A DNA stretch of 64,000 nt, taken from NCBI RefSeq assembly GCF_006345805.1, contig NC_043008.1:50158001-50222000 (forward strand), given 5' to 3'. Below are positions 36,430 through 47,740 of the stretch, one piece after another. The translations under genes were made by a program, and so were the position numbers. The stretch's first letter is position 1. The number at the start of each line of letters is the position of its first letter. Source of the stretch: Octopus sinensis (taxonomy: Eukaryota). A model generated the notes under the pieces. That model worked only from the letters and a program-made list of their open reading frames with translations, made no database searches and was not told the DNA's origin.

Positions 36430-38045
36430 GAGAGTCAGAATAATAAGTGAGGGGTGTATGAAAAGACGACGGCACTTTTGCTCTAACAGTCATTGAAAGG
36501 GGAGAGCCATGGAAGTGCTATTACTAGGGGCTGTCGGATGAGGAAGATGCATGGGAGAAAGAGGGTCTAACCCAATTAGACCCAACAGAGTTGAGCGTAG
36601 TTTGGTGAATTAAGTAATTAAAGGTATGAATGCAAGAAAGGCTCCTGATCCATCAGGAATCACAGCTGAAATGCTTAACATATCTGGCAGGGTGGGATGT
36701 GGGTGGGTCTTCTGCATTGTAAACCAAGCAGTACAAGAAGGTATCATATCTAATGGTGCGTTTCTGTTCAGGAGTCAAAAGGTGAGGGACCCACCCTGCA
36801 AAAACCTTTGAGAACCCAAGTTCTTTTGTCACAATGTTGTCTGCTCTTTCATTTGAGATGCCCACTCTCTCAGCTATCTGGCGACATGATATTTGGCGAT
36901 CTTGCATTATCAAACCAAGAGCAAGGTCAATATTGTCCTCGGTGGTTGCAGTTGGAGGTCTCCTGGTCTGGGATCATCTTCCATACTCTCCCTGCCACGC
37001 TGGAATTCATTTACCCAGTATTTAACTGTTGCACATGAAGGAGCATTCTCTGTTAAGGTTTTCACAATATCTTTATGAATTTCTGATAGAGTCATGCCTT
37101 TCAATTGAAGGTACTTTATGACAGCACAATACTCAGTTTTTTTCCATTTTCCTTGTAACCTCGACACTTGTTTATTAAAAAATCTGCAACAAAAGAAATT
37201 AAAATATCAGAATCGTAGAGGAGAAACTACAGAGATATTAAGTTATTAGATCAGGTTATGAAAGATGTAGCATTATAGCACAATTGATTAAAGAGAGAGT
37301 TAACAGTTGATGCTACACAGTTTGGTTTTGTGCCAGGAAAAATTACTTTAAATGCCAATTTCCAATTGCAGAAGTATCTTGCCAGAAATGAGCACACCCC
37401 ATTATACCTGGCTTTTATTGACTGAGAAAACACCTGGGATAGGTTCCCTTTTCTATGATCTGATGGTCACTGAGGAAGTTTAGAGTAAACAAATGGCTTG
37501 TGGGAGCTGTGCAATTGATGTACAGAGGTGCAATCAACAAGGTGAAGATTATTGATAAATACAGTGAAGAATTCAGAGTGAAAGTAGGGGGTGCACCAGG
37601 GATCAGTCTTCATACCCCTTCTCTTCTTTATAGTTCACTAAGCCATAAAAGAGAAGTTTAAGACCAGTTGACCATAGAAGCTTCTTTATGGTGATGACTT
37701 GGCTCTTGTAATTGAACCTTTAGTAAAATTAGAAAAGAAATTCCAGATATGGAAGCAAAACCTAAGAGTAAGGGACCTCTAAATGTATTTAACAAAATAT
37801 AAGGTTTTAGTAAGTAAGAAAGCAGGCAGGACCCTGATTTAACTAGGAAAGTGGCCTTTCTCAGTTTATAGAAAAGGAGCAAGCAGGTATTCAGTAGAGT
37901 GTACCAAGTGTCAACTGTAGATGTACAAGATGTGTAATGGGATCACAAGCAGGCTAACAGAGAAGCTAATCTTCACACGCAGCCGAGGCACAGGAGCAGT
38001 AAATGCAAAGGACTGTGTGAAGTAGGCACCATCCAATGCAGAAGA
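36430..38045 (+). mobile_element. Decayed RTE-type LINE RT region, interrupted by a mariner fragment
   Basis: KAPDPSGITAEML, NYRDIKLLDQVMK, QFGFVPGK, LYLAFID*E...DR.P, VGVHQGSVL.P.LF and LLYGDDLALV with many frameshifts. Confidence 0.85.
36752..37170 (-). mobile_element. Mariner transposase N-terminal fragment (HTH to WVPHLL)
   Basis: EYCAVIKYLQLKGMTLSEIH...APSCATVKYWVNEFQRGRESMEDDPRPG and DRQISCRQIAERVGISNER...LGFSKVFAGWVPHLLTPEQK. Confidence 0.88.
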
Positions 38046-38083
38046 CTTGTGAATAGAAAGAAATTAGGCAGGTATGCTCCAAT

Positions 38084-38502
38084 CAGGGCCGGATTAAGAC
38101 ACATCGAGGCCCTATGCACTTAAAAGATTTTGGTGCCCCCGCAAAAGATTATGTAATTCAAAATATAAACACTAACAAACCATAAAATAAATTTTTGATT
38201 TTCAAAACGAAACAAATCTGTAAAAGGGAAAATGTTTATTTTTGTATTTTTTCCATTTTATTTATATTTGAAGTTTTCTCCTACTTTTTTGAATTGCAAT
38301 GTCTTTGATCAGATCCTCAAAATTAATCTTGGGTTACACATCTGTATCTTAGTAGAGATAAAGGCATCCCAAATATTATTTTAGCAAGTTTAAAGTGATT
38401 TCTTTTGTGTTGTAAACTATTTACCATTTCTGTGGTGTCCCCCCTCCTTCCCTTGATGCCCTAAGCACGTGCTTATTTTTCTTAATGATTAATCCAGCAC
38501 TG
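38084..38502 (-). mobile_element. Non-autonomous hAT element with 8 bp TSD
   Basis: TIRs CAGGGCCGGATTAA / TTAATCCAGCACTG, TSD GCTCCAAT on both sides. Internal minus-strand KINFEDLIKDIAIQKSRRKLQI* resembles a hAT transposase C-terminus. Confidence 0.9.
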
Positions 38503-38606
38503 GCTCCAATGGATGAATAATGTTAGTAAGCATGAATACCAGCAATACAAATGCATTGATGGAAATATGGGGTATAAGAGGAATCAGGTGTTGTGGACAA
38601 CTGTAA

Positions 38607-38838
38607 GGTGGCGAGCTGGCAGAAACGTTAGCACCTCGGGCGAAATACTTAGCGGTATTTCGTCTGCCATTACATTCTGAGTTCAAATTCTGCCAAGGTC
38701 GACTTTGCCTTTCATCCTTTCGGGGTCAATGAATTAAGTACCATTTACGCACTGGGATCGATGTAATCGACTTAATCCCTTTGTATGTCCTTGTTTTTCC
38801 CCTCTGTGTGTAGCCCCTTGTGGGTAGTAAATAAATAA
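38607..38838 (+). mobile_element. SINE family B with Nin-like central domain (representative copy)
   Basis: GGCGAGCTGGCAGAAACGTTAGCAC...GAGTTCAAATTC..GGTCGACTTTGCCTTTCATCCTTTCGGGGTC.AT..ATTAAGTACCA. Copies at about 10240-10455, 20129-20340, 20456-20625 and 61803-62035. Confidence 0.85.
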
Positions 38839-39902
38839 GATGTTGTGGACAACTGGCATTCCATTGGTTACGACAACAAGGGTTTCAGTCGATCCGATCA
38901 ATGGAACAGGCTGCTCATGACGTTAACATGAAAGTGGCTGAGCACTCCATAGCTATGCGTACCCTTAACATAGTTCTCAGGGAGATTCAACATGACACAG
39001 AATGTAACAAGGTTGGTCCTTTGATTTACAGGTGCAACTCATTTCTGCCAGCTGAGTGGATCGGAGAAACGGGAAATAAAGCATCTTGTTGAAGGACACA
39101 ACCTGCCACCAGTAATTGAACTCACAGCCTTATGATTGTGAGCCAAATACCCTAACCATTAAGCCACGTGCCTTTACCATGTGTACAAGAGAGAAGGCTA
39201 TACTGATATGAGCATGTGATGCATTTAGAGAATGACTGCTACATAAGGAAGTGCTGGTAACTCCAAGTTCATAAAACCCACAGACAAAGGAAACCAAGGA
39301 ATACAAAGAATGAAGTAGGGAATGTTGATGTGAAGATGCTGTACCTCATAAAAGGGATGAGAAAGGATCACACTAAAAGGAACAATGAAGTGCTGGAGAT
39401 GCCCTTCCTAACGCCAACCACTCCGAGAGTGTAGTGGGTGCTTTTTACATGCCACCGACACCGGGGCCAGTCAGGCAGTACTGGCAATGACTTCGCTCGA
39501 ATCTTTTTACATGTGCCAGTGAAGCAACGTTGGTAACAATCATGCTCGAATGGTACCCTTGTACGTGCCACGGGTACGGAAGCCAGTTGGCTGCTCTGGC
39601 AACGATCCCACTCAGATGGTGCTCTTGGCACCCTACTAGCACAGGCATGAGTACCAGTAAGGCGACGCTGGTAACGATCATACTCGAATAGCCACATCAC
39701 AGACAAATCATTTTAATATCTATCTGTAAAACTAGCTATCTTTAGATATATACACCAATATATGACTATTGATTTATACATAGAATTCCATTTAACAGAT
39801 GAACTGCTTGCTTCATTAAATAGATTTACATTTAAACTTGTTGTGAATTAATTTTTCCTATTTTTAAATATAGGCTGAGATTTTTTATTTGTGTAAACTC
39901 AC

Positions 39903-39957
39903 CAGCAACAAAACCACCAGTTTCAAATTAGTAGTTCTCGCTGTATCAGTTGCTTAG
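39903..39957 (-). other. Candidate non-coding exon of a transcript divergent from IPO11
   Basis: Minus strand CATTACTTTCAG|CTAAG...GTTGCTG|GTGAGT. 55 nt, unique sequence, stops in all three frames. Confidence 0.35.
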
Positions 39958-40599
39958 CTGAAAGTAATGTGATATTGTTAATGAAAGAACTCTAAAATAT
40001 ATAACCAGTATGTTTCAATGCAAGATCTTGCAAATAATATTCTCTGTTGAGTGTAATTTTTAATTTGAAAAAAACAAGAAAATCTCCCTTCAGAAATAAT
40101 AATAATAATAATAATAATTAATAATAATGATAATAATAATAATCATCATCATCATCGTTTAACGTCCATTTTCCATGCTGGCATGGGTTGGACTGGCAAG
40201 CCAGTAGACTGCACCAGGTTCCAATCTGATCAGGCAAGGTTCTACAGCTGGATGCCCTTCCTAATGCCAACCACTCCAAGAGTGTAGTGTTTATATCCTC
40301 ATAACTTAGCGCTTCAGCAAAAGAGACTGTTAGAATAAATACCAGGCTCTAAGAAATAAATGCGGTTCGACTAAAGCCCCTCAAGACAGTGCTCCAGCAT
40401 GGCCGCAATCCTATGATTAAAACAAGCAAAAGATAAAAAGATCTCGATATTGGTTTCAAATTTTCAAACCTTATATTTTATTATCTTTAAATGTCACAAT
40501 GTAATATTTAAAAGAAAATGCTTATTTGTTTAATCAATAATAAATCTCTGGTTGAAAATAAAAAGTGGGTTTTAATATATTTCAAAAAAATTTTTTTTT

Positions 40600-41885
40600 T
40601 ATTCGGTTCGGATAGGGATCTGTGAAATAGTTGTTAAGCCATTTCTCTGCACGCGGTTGATGTGATGAAAGATATTCGTGAGCGGAAGTAGTATTAAATC
40701 TTGCCCCCATGTGTTCCTCTGATGTGGTTTCAAATTCGGATCAAATCCAGCGCAAAAGTTAACAAGAAGATGCATTGCTAAAAATATAAGTTAACAAGAA
40801 AAAAGAGAGCAAAAAAAAAAGGGAAAAAAGCCAACAGGTAGAGAAATAAGCTTGTTTATAGTTTTTTTTTTTTAAGTAGACTTTAAAGAAGAAAAAAAAC
40901 AACAAAAACAAAAACAAAAAAAATGAATGGCGGGGGAAATGGAAAGAAAGAAGTTTGTCTTTGAGGAGAATTCTGTTAATATTTCATGGCAGTACGTGTT
41001 TAGTTTCGTGTCGTATCTGTTGTCAGTGTCTACATTGTCCGGATTGAGTGGGGAAAACAAAACGTAGCGACCCAAAAACCACCCTCAAACATTTTGCCTG
41101 GATGAAAGAAGCGAAGAGCCTCAAGAATTTCCATAACAACTCCACCTTCGTTCACCGCTAAAACATGTGAATGAAATCCTGGCAATCATTTAACAAGTTT
41201 TATCCTTAGACACACAAACACACACACACACTCACAGACTGAATATTCCTTCTTCTCTTCATATTTTTGTGGTGGGTTGTAATCACTTAACGCTCTCAAA
41301 AACGTTCGCATTTCTTCTTCCTTACAAGAGACTCCATTATTTTACCGTTATATATGTGTATATAGTTATTTATATATATGTGTGTGTATATTTATATATA
41401 TATGTATGTATGTAATATATATAAAGTAATGGTGTGAGTGTCACAAGTTCTCTCTCAGTCAAAGAATCTCTTAAACCAATCTCTCGAAGCAAAAATACTT
41501 GCTTTCGTTTATCTTGCTTACATGTTAAAAACCCATGTTGTATATATGTAGTTATATAGATGTAGAATAATAATATATGTCTACACATAATATATGTTTA
41601 TACGACTTATCTTTAACTTGTTCGCCAAAAAATATTTCCTCCCTGAACACGTAAAACATTAAATGTATTTTGTGGTGTATTAAGAGATTTCATTAGAACT
41701 CCAATTAAAAGAAACCTCCACAATAATAAACAGTAATAATAATTATAATTATTATTATTAATTAACATGAAAATCTACCTGTTTCGTATATGTTTGCAAA
41801 GATCATGTTGGTGAGGAGAGTAAAAGAAGTGAGGCCGTTCTGTTTTTTATGCTTTATACCCTGAATGAGTGGAACCGTAGTCAAA
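40600..41885. promoter_or_regulatory. Probable promoter/5'UTR region of IPO11, possibly bidirectional
   Basis: Largely free of recognisable SINEs and relatively CpG-retaining, directly upstream of the start codon. ETS-like GCGGAAGT at 40682 and YY1-like AATGGCGG at 40926. The TSS cannot be placed from sequence. Confidence 0.4.
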
Positions 41886-42023
41886 ATGGACTTGGCAAGT
41901 GCAGGCCCCATCGTGTTGCACACATTAACAAATGCTTGCAGCCAGAATGCTGATGTTCTCAAACCTGCTGTGCACCAGTTAAAGCAATGGGAGACCAGTC
42001 CTGGATTTTACACTATTCTGTCG
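41886..42023 (+). CDS. IPO11: Importin-11, first coding exon (MDLASAGPIVLHTLTNACSQNADVLKPAVHQLKQWETSPGFYTILS)
   Basis: ATG at 41886 (AAAATGG context; an in-frame ATG also at 41865). The translation resembles the importin-11 N-terminus (human MDLNSASTVVLQVLTQATSQDTAVLKPAEEQLKQWETQPGFYSVLL, from memory). Phase-0 donor TCG|GTAAGT at 42024. Confidence 0.95.
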
Positions 42024-43153
42024 GTAAGTCATTTATTTTTTTTGAATCTTTAAAAAAGAAAGAAAATTTTTTTTTTTTTTTTACATGTCTGCCTTGCTTC
42101 TCCTTATTTCTGTGTCACGATGTTTTATATATGACCTGACCCTAACCTGTTGCCAGTACAAATGCACATTTCCTTTACACACTCATTCATCAGATTCGTT
42201 CTTCTTTCGTCTCTTTTGTTTCAGTTGTTCTTCGAAGCTTTTTTCGCGATCATCCCACACAGTTAATTAACCACAATTAGCATTCAACAACGATACACTT
42301 AGATGTTACACTATCGTTTAACAAACAAACTGACTGAATAGACATGTGATCAATTGTGTTCCAACTGTGACCATCACGTCTTTATTTTATTCAGACATGA
42401 TGGTGCCTTAGAACTACGTTATCCAATATCCCACCCCCAACCCCCGATTTTTAAAATGTATTCTGCGATGTGAATTAATTTGAAGGATTTGATTATTATT
42501 TCTAGCAGGTGGAAGGATGACCACTTGAAGGCTCCGTTGCCGGTTCGCTGATGCTTGGTCCCTATAGTTGCTCCCATAGGAACAGACACTCTAACTGTGA
42601 CCATCCCTAATTCTTTCTTTATTCACACACAGTTTCTCTAGGTCTGCGTTACGCAATATGTCCTACCGAGTTTTCAAAAATGGTAACAGTATTACTAGAA
42701 GGAGGTTTGGCATTTATTTCTTAGAACAAGGAATTACTATCACCACATCAAGAGATTCCCTCGTTATCTTCTTACTGTAGTAAATTCTAGGGGCACCTTT
42801 GAAGTTATTTTTACTAAAAGACTTTGAATGGTTTTATTCTTGGTCTTCTTTGGAAAAAAAATTATAAATACGCATTTAGCTTTGGAAATGTATTCCTCTC
42901 GTGTCCATTTCTGCTTCTGTTTTATTTGCGGGATTTCAACAGTAATACTCGAATCTCTATTTCTATTGCCATTATTTTAAATCGAATAGCGATATATAAT
43001 AAATAAATTTGACCATGTCGTTTAGTTTTTGGATCAGTTCTGACCTGAGGCTAAAACAGAGCAACAAGAAACTTGTTCGTAAATGTCTTGTATCTCGTTG
43101 GTAGACACACATTAACAGTTTGTATAAAATACATACACACACGTACGCATTTA

Positions 43154-43186
<33 letters not shown>

Positions 43187-43321
43187 GTGGGGGTTTTGTG
43201 CATTTTCTGTCTTTTCAACAACCCCAGTCTAATATAGTAAAAGGAACAATGTTAACCCTTAAAAGAAGTAGCAAAATTGTATTGACATCAATAACATACC
43301 CAGCAAATACATGTATGTATG

Positions 43322-43350
<29 letters not shown>

Positions 43351-43356
<6 letters not shown>

Positions 43357-43636
43357 AACACAAATTGTGTTTAAACTTTACTACAGCTGTTTCAGTAGAA
43401 TTTTATTGATGTATTCATAGATTACATCATAGCATAAGTCCACCATCTTCAGGTAAAATTTTAAACAGGTATCAAACAGGTGAGGTAAAACCGTGATCAT
43501 GACCAATCCAACAACCAACATGGTGAATATACATCAATAAAATTCCACTGGAACAGTTGTATATTTTAAATCCCCATTTGGGATCTTTTTATGCGAAACC
43601 TGAGTCGGATCTACAGTTTGTATTGCATTCAGTACC
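43351..43636. mobile_element. Asymmetric fold-back element carrying the 43376-43458 hammerhead
   Basis: Arms TACAGCTGTTTCAGTAGAATTTTATTGATGTATTCA and TGAATATACATCAATAAAATTCCACTGGAACAGTTGTA are inverted copies. One-sided tail about 43592-43636, (TA)n/(TG)n flanks. Confidence 0.7.
43376..43458 (-). ncRNA. Type I hammerhead ribozyme motif with long stem II
   Basis: Reverse complement: TTTTAC-CTGAAGA-T-GGTGGA...TCTACT-GAAAC-AGCT-GTA-GTAAAG. Stem I TTTAC/GTAAA and palindromic stem III ACAGCTGT, typical of Penelope-associated minimal hammerheads. Confidence 0.7.
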
Positions 43637-43797
43637 TATGTATATAAATGTGTGTGTGTATATATATATACATACAGTACTCTACTAACACACCTCATCT
43701 CATGGTTGTTTTTTTCCTCAGTGTGATCTCAATGTATGGTACGTAGCCAGTCTTGTGTGTTGATGTGCTTAGATTCTAATGATTCCTGTAACTAATC

Positions 43798-43832
<35 letters not shown>

Positions 43833-43856
43833 TACATACATACATACATGCACATA

Positions 43857-44103
43857 CCAGAGTAAGTACATAAATGTGAAACAAGGTGGGGCAAAATAGT
43901 ACTCAAATACTGGAGGTAGGATAATATACTTTATTATTATTAAAGCTGCCAAAACATCATAAAACTATCAAAAAAAATCTGCTACTCAGAGTTTCACGTT
44001 GCCACTTGTTGGACAGTTGTGATTCAGAACGCAGCAAGAAATCTTGTTCCATTCTGAATCACAACTGAAAACAAGAATGTTTTCGCAGCTTTAATAATAA
44101 AGT
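43857..44103 (-). mobile_element. Second, more decayed copy of the 11476 fold-back family
   Basis: 43857-43935 is the reverse complement of the 11681-11760 tail. Degenerate hammerhead on the minus strand (ACTGT-CCAACAA-GTGGCAACGT-GAAAC-TCTGA-GTA-GCAG). It has its own central hairpin CAGTTGTGATTCAGAA...TTCTGAATCACAACTG. Confidence 0.75.
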
Positions 44104-44113
44104 AGGGGTGTGT

Positions 44114-44150
<37 letters not shown>

Positions 44151-44624
44151 CTATTATGTTAAACTATCAGATATCCAAATTTGGTCAAATGCATGTTTTA
44201 TTTATTTATTTTTGCTTACAATAGCCAGTTTTTTTGGTCAAACTATCGTATCTCCAGCTGCTTCAGATGCCAAGATATAAAAAATTGTCAAAGTGTAGTA
44301 CAACAGTTTTGCTATGGAATGGCAAAACTATTGTTTTGTTTTCTAAAAAAAAGCAACATTTTAGATTTATGACACTTGCATAATAGCAACGAGATATATA
44401 TCATCATCATAATTTAACATCCGTTTTCCATGCTAGCAGTTTGGCAAAAGAGACCAATAGAATAAGTACCAAGCATATAAAGAATAAGCCCTGGGGTCGA
44501 TTTGATCGACTAAAGGCAGTGCTCCAGTATGGCTGCAGTCAAATGACTGAAACAAGTAAAAGAATAAAAGAATATATCTGTATGTGTGTGTCTGCATCGG
44601 GTCAGGCAACTAAATTAAGACCTT

Positions 44625-44860
44625 TTAACTTATTAGCATTGAGATTATTCTGTCAAATGTGATGCTTATTTATTCATATTCTTTTGAATTAATCATCCGT
44701 TATCTTGCAACATTGTGGTTTTAATGATGATTGTTTTGTTTTTTCTTGTAGAATAATACTATAAGGTAAGTGTGTGGGAGGCCAAATTTGGCCAGGTTAA
44801 ACTTTAAAACTGGTAGAATATTTTGGCCAGATATAGCCAGTTTAAATGCTAAAGGGTTAA
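44625..44860 (+). mobile_element. Second TTAA-flanked MITE family (copies about 52260-52590, 55579-55930, 56050-56275, 57450-57658)
   Basis: TTAACCCTTTAGCATTCAGATT ... AATGCTAAAGGGTTAA termini seen across copies. The shared internal TTTTGAATTAATCATGCATT also recurs. Confidence 0.65.
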
Positions 44861-46906
44861 TTTTATGTGTGTATATACTTAGTCACAAGGAAATACAGTG
44901 GTCATGACCCTTTTTCCAGGGAATCAGAGACTGGTGGGTGGGAGAGAGAATGGTATCCTGAAATTGGAAGCCAAGTTCAGATGTTTGCAACAAAGTAGGC
45001 TAATCTAAAGGGGTATCCCTCCCCCTTTTTTTGTGTGCATGCAACCTACTTTAGAATGTAACCTAACCTAGATAATGTCATTTTGCAGTGTAGACTATGG
45101 CCCCTGCGGTAAACTACATTGTAAAGTGGCACCACTTAAAGCACTCAAGGATCAGGCAGCAGTATTAAGGGTACAGTGGGATTTGAATTCAGAATGCTAA
45201 AAGCCTGAACAATTACCACAGGGCTCCCTACCAGTTTGTTCAGGACTTCGTTTATCATCTCTGGAAGAGTTGAAGGCAAAGATGATCACAGCGAGAATTG
45301 AACTCAGAGTGCATGAAACTGGAATGCGTTTCTTCTGATGCTCTAATGATTTAGCCAGTTTGCCTCTGTGAATTTAGTGCTGATGTTTTGACATGATATT
45401 TACTTTGTTTCTCTGTTACAAATTATACTTTATCTCTGCTCCCCTCCCAGCTGAAGGTTTTTCCTTTTGAAGACCCCTCATGCTGGTCCACATAAAAAGC
45501 ACCCATGAAGTGGTTGGTGTTAAGGGCTTCCAACCATTAAAACCAAGCCAAATCAAGCTGGAACCTGGTACAGCTCTGGTCAAACCATCTAACCCATGCC
45601 AGCATGGAAAATGGACATTAAATGATGATGATGAAATTGTGATGGATTCATCATTGTCGTTGTTTAATGTCTGCTTTCCAATCTGGCATGGATTGAACAG
45701 TTTGACTGAGGGCTGGCAAGCCAGAAGGCTGCACCAGGCTCCAGTCTGATCTGGTAGTGTTTCTACAGCTTGATGCCCTTCCTAACACCAACCACTCTGA
45801 GAGTGTAGTGGGTGCTTTTTATGTGCCACTGGCACAAGGGCCTGTCAGGTGGTACTGGCATTGACCACGCTTGAATGGTGCTTTTCACATGCCACCGGCA
45901 CGGAAGCCAGTCAGGCAGCATTGACATCGACCACACTTGAATGGTGCTTTGTACGTGCCAATCAGGTGTAGAGTCATTGCAATGAAATGTTTTTGCTGAA
46001 ACAAACTCTGCCGTTATTGATATAAACAACACGTCTGACTGATGTCGAAATTATCTGTTGTCTCACATCCATCCACCAGCATGAACAAGTTTGCAAAAAT
46101 CTGCAATGTATAGGTGCAGGTACAGCTGCATGTAGTAAGAAGCTTGCCTTTCAGCCCTACGATTGTGGGTTCAGTCCCACTGCACAGCATCTTAAGCTGG
46201 TCTCCTCTATCCTTGCCTTGGGCTGACCAATGCCTTGAGTGAATTTGCTAGATGGAAACTGTGAAAGTGAGTCATAAATGTGTGTGTGTGTCCTTCACTG
46301 TTTCACAATGTTTGTTTCTTTATATCCTTGTGACTTAACAGTTCAACAAAAAGAGACCAACAGAATAAGCACCAGACTTAAAAATAAGTCCTGGGGCCAA
46401 CTTGTTCAGCTAAACCCTTCAAGGTGGTGCTCCAGCATGGCTGTAGTCCAATGACTGAAACAGGCAAAAGATATGCTTATGTAGCAAGACAATAGCTAAG
46501 GCCATTAAAAACTGCTTAGGTATGAAATCATACATTCTTTGATATTGAAACCTTGCCACAGCCTTTTTCTAGAACTGGGGGAGCCTCACAGCTTCTCAAC
46601 TTGTTGCAGCACCTGAGAATCTTTGTTTACCAAAAGAAATATATATAAGCAGCCATGGCATCAATCAATGGCCTATGACAACTGCAGTTTATTTCAGGTC
46701 TTCAGTGTTCCTTCAATAATGCAAAGCCTGACTCCCACCCCCAACCTTGATGACAGATATCTGATGCTACCATACTTCATCAAAGCTGGTCCTTACACTG
46801 ATATGTTTAAGAAGTTCAGCATCTTTGATAAAAGTTCTGATGCTGTGGATTATCAAACAATAGGATCATGTCCAAGACTATGCATCACCCTTTTCATTCT
46901 CAAACA

Positions 46907-47341
46907 CAGAGGTTCTCAACATGAGTGGTACTACTCCCAATGGGGATGTTAGGCTTTAGGGGTCAGTGAGGAGGTCATGGGGTAACATAACATACTAAAT
47001 ATGCTAAAACTAGTAATGGTTATTAAAATAAAATGAGAGATAAATAGAGCTGCTATTTCTAGCCCGTGTTACTTGACCTGATGTAGAAAAATTAGCAAAT
47101 TCTCATCAGGCACAAACAAGTCATTAACTTGCAACGAATAAAGTAAATTTACAGCTTTGATCTTTATTAATTTCTTTTAATCATTTCACTGTTAAAAGCT
47201 TATAAAACCCATTTTTCTGAATAAAATTTACAAATTGTCATCCATGTTAAGTTAGTTTAGTTGTGATACCTCATTTGTCACATAGGTGGCATTACAATAC
47301 TTTAAAGGGGCGGGGCACTGCAAAAAGGTTAAGAACCACTT
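46907..47341. mobile_element. hAT/Charlie-like MITE (related termini at about 50702-50930 and 57843)
   Basis: Ends CAGAGGTTCTCAAC / GGTTAAGAACCACT. Confidence 0.55.
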
Positions 47342-47374
47342 CTTTAATTCTTTTATCCCGTAGCATGAAACTGA

Positions 47375-47740
47375 CTACCCTCTGGTTTGGACCCTGAAAG
47401 TTTTATCACTTAAAAATGTGTTCAAATGCTTTAAAAAACGGTAGTCAGTGGGTGAAAGATCAGGAGAAAATGGAGGATGTGGTAAAGTCTCGTATCCCGA
47501 GTCTGTGAGTTCCTGCAGTATCATTCTTGCAACATGTGGCTTTGCATTATCGTGGAACAGAATTGGGCCACGATGATTCACCAATGCCGGTCTCAATTTT
47601 TGCAAGTGAGCATGCATTTCAGCGAGTTGATTGCAGTAAACCTCTGCTGTAATGCTCTGATTGGCTTCCAGAAAGCTGTATTGGACAAAGCCAATTGCAG
47701 ACTACCAGTCACCATGATCTTTTGCTGATACAACTTTGAC
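47375..47740 (-). mobile_element. Mariner transposase catalytic-domain fragment
   Basis: LRPALVNHRGPILFHDNAKPHVA...YETLPHPPFSPDLSPTDYRFLKHL. Confidence 0.88.

Noticed and set aside
32727-38045. Idea that the two RTE fragments are one LINE split by an inversion
   Set aside because: They overlap in the element (both encode the DDG..A...W..Y..L...W region) and differ in decay, so they are independent insertions.
46540-46890. Possible decayed LINE or exon fragment in the IPO11 intron
   Set aside because: Complex sequence, but I could not obtain a convincing motif in any frame, so it is left uncalled.
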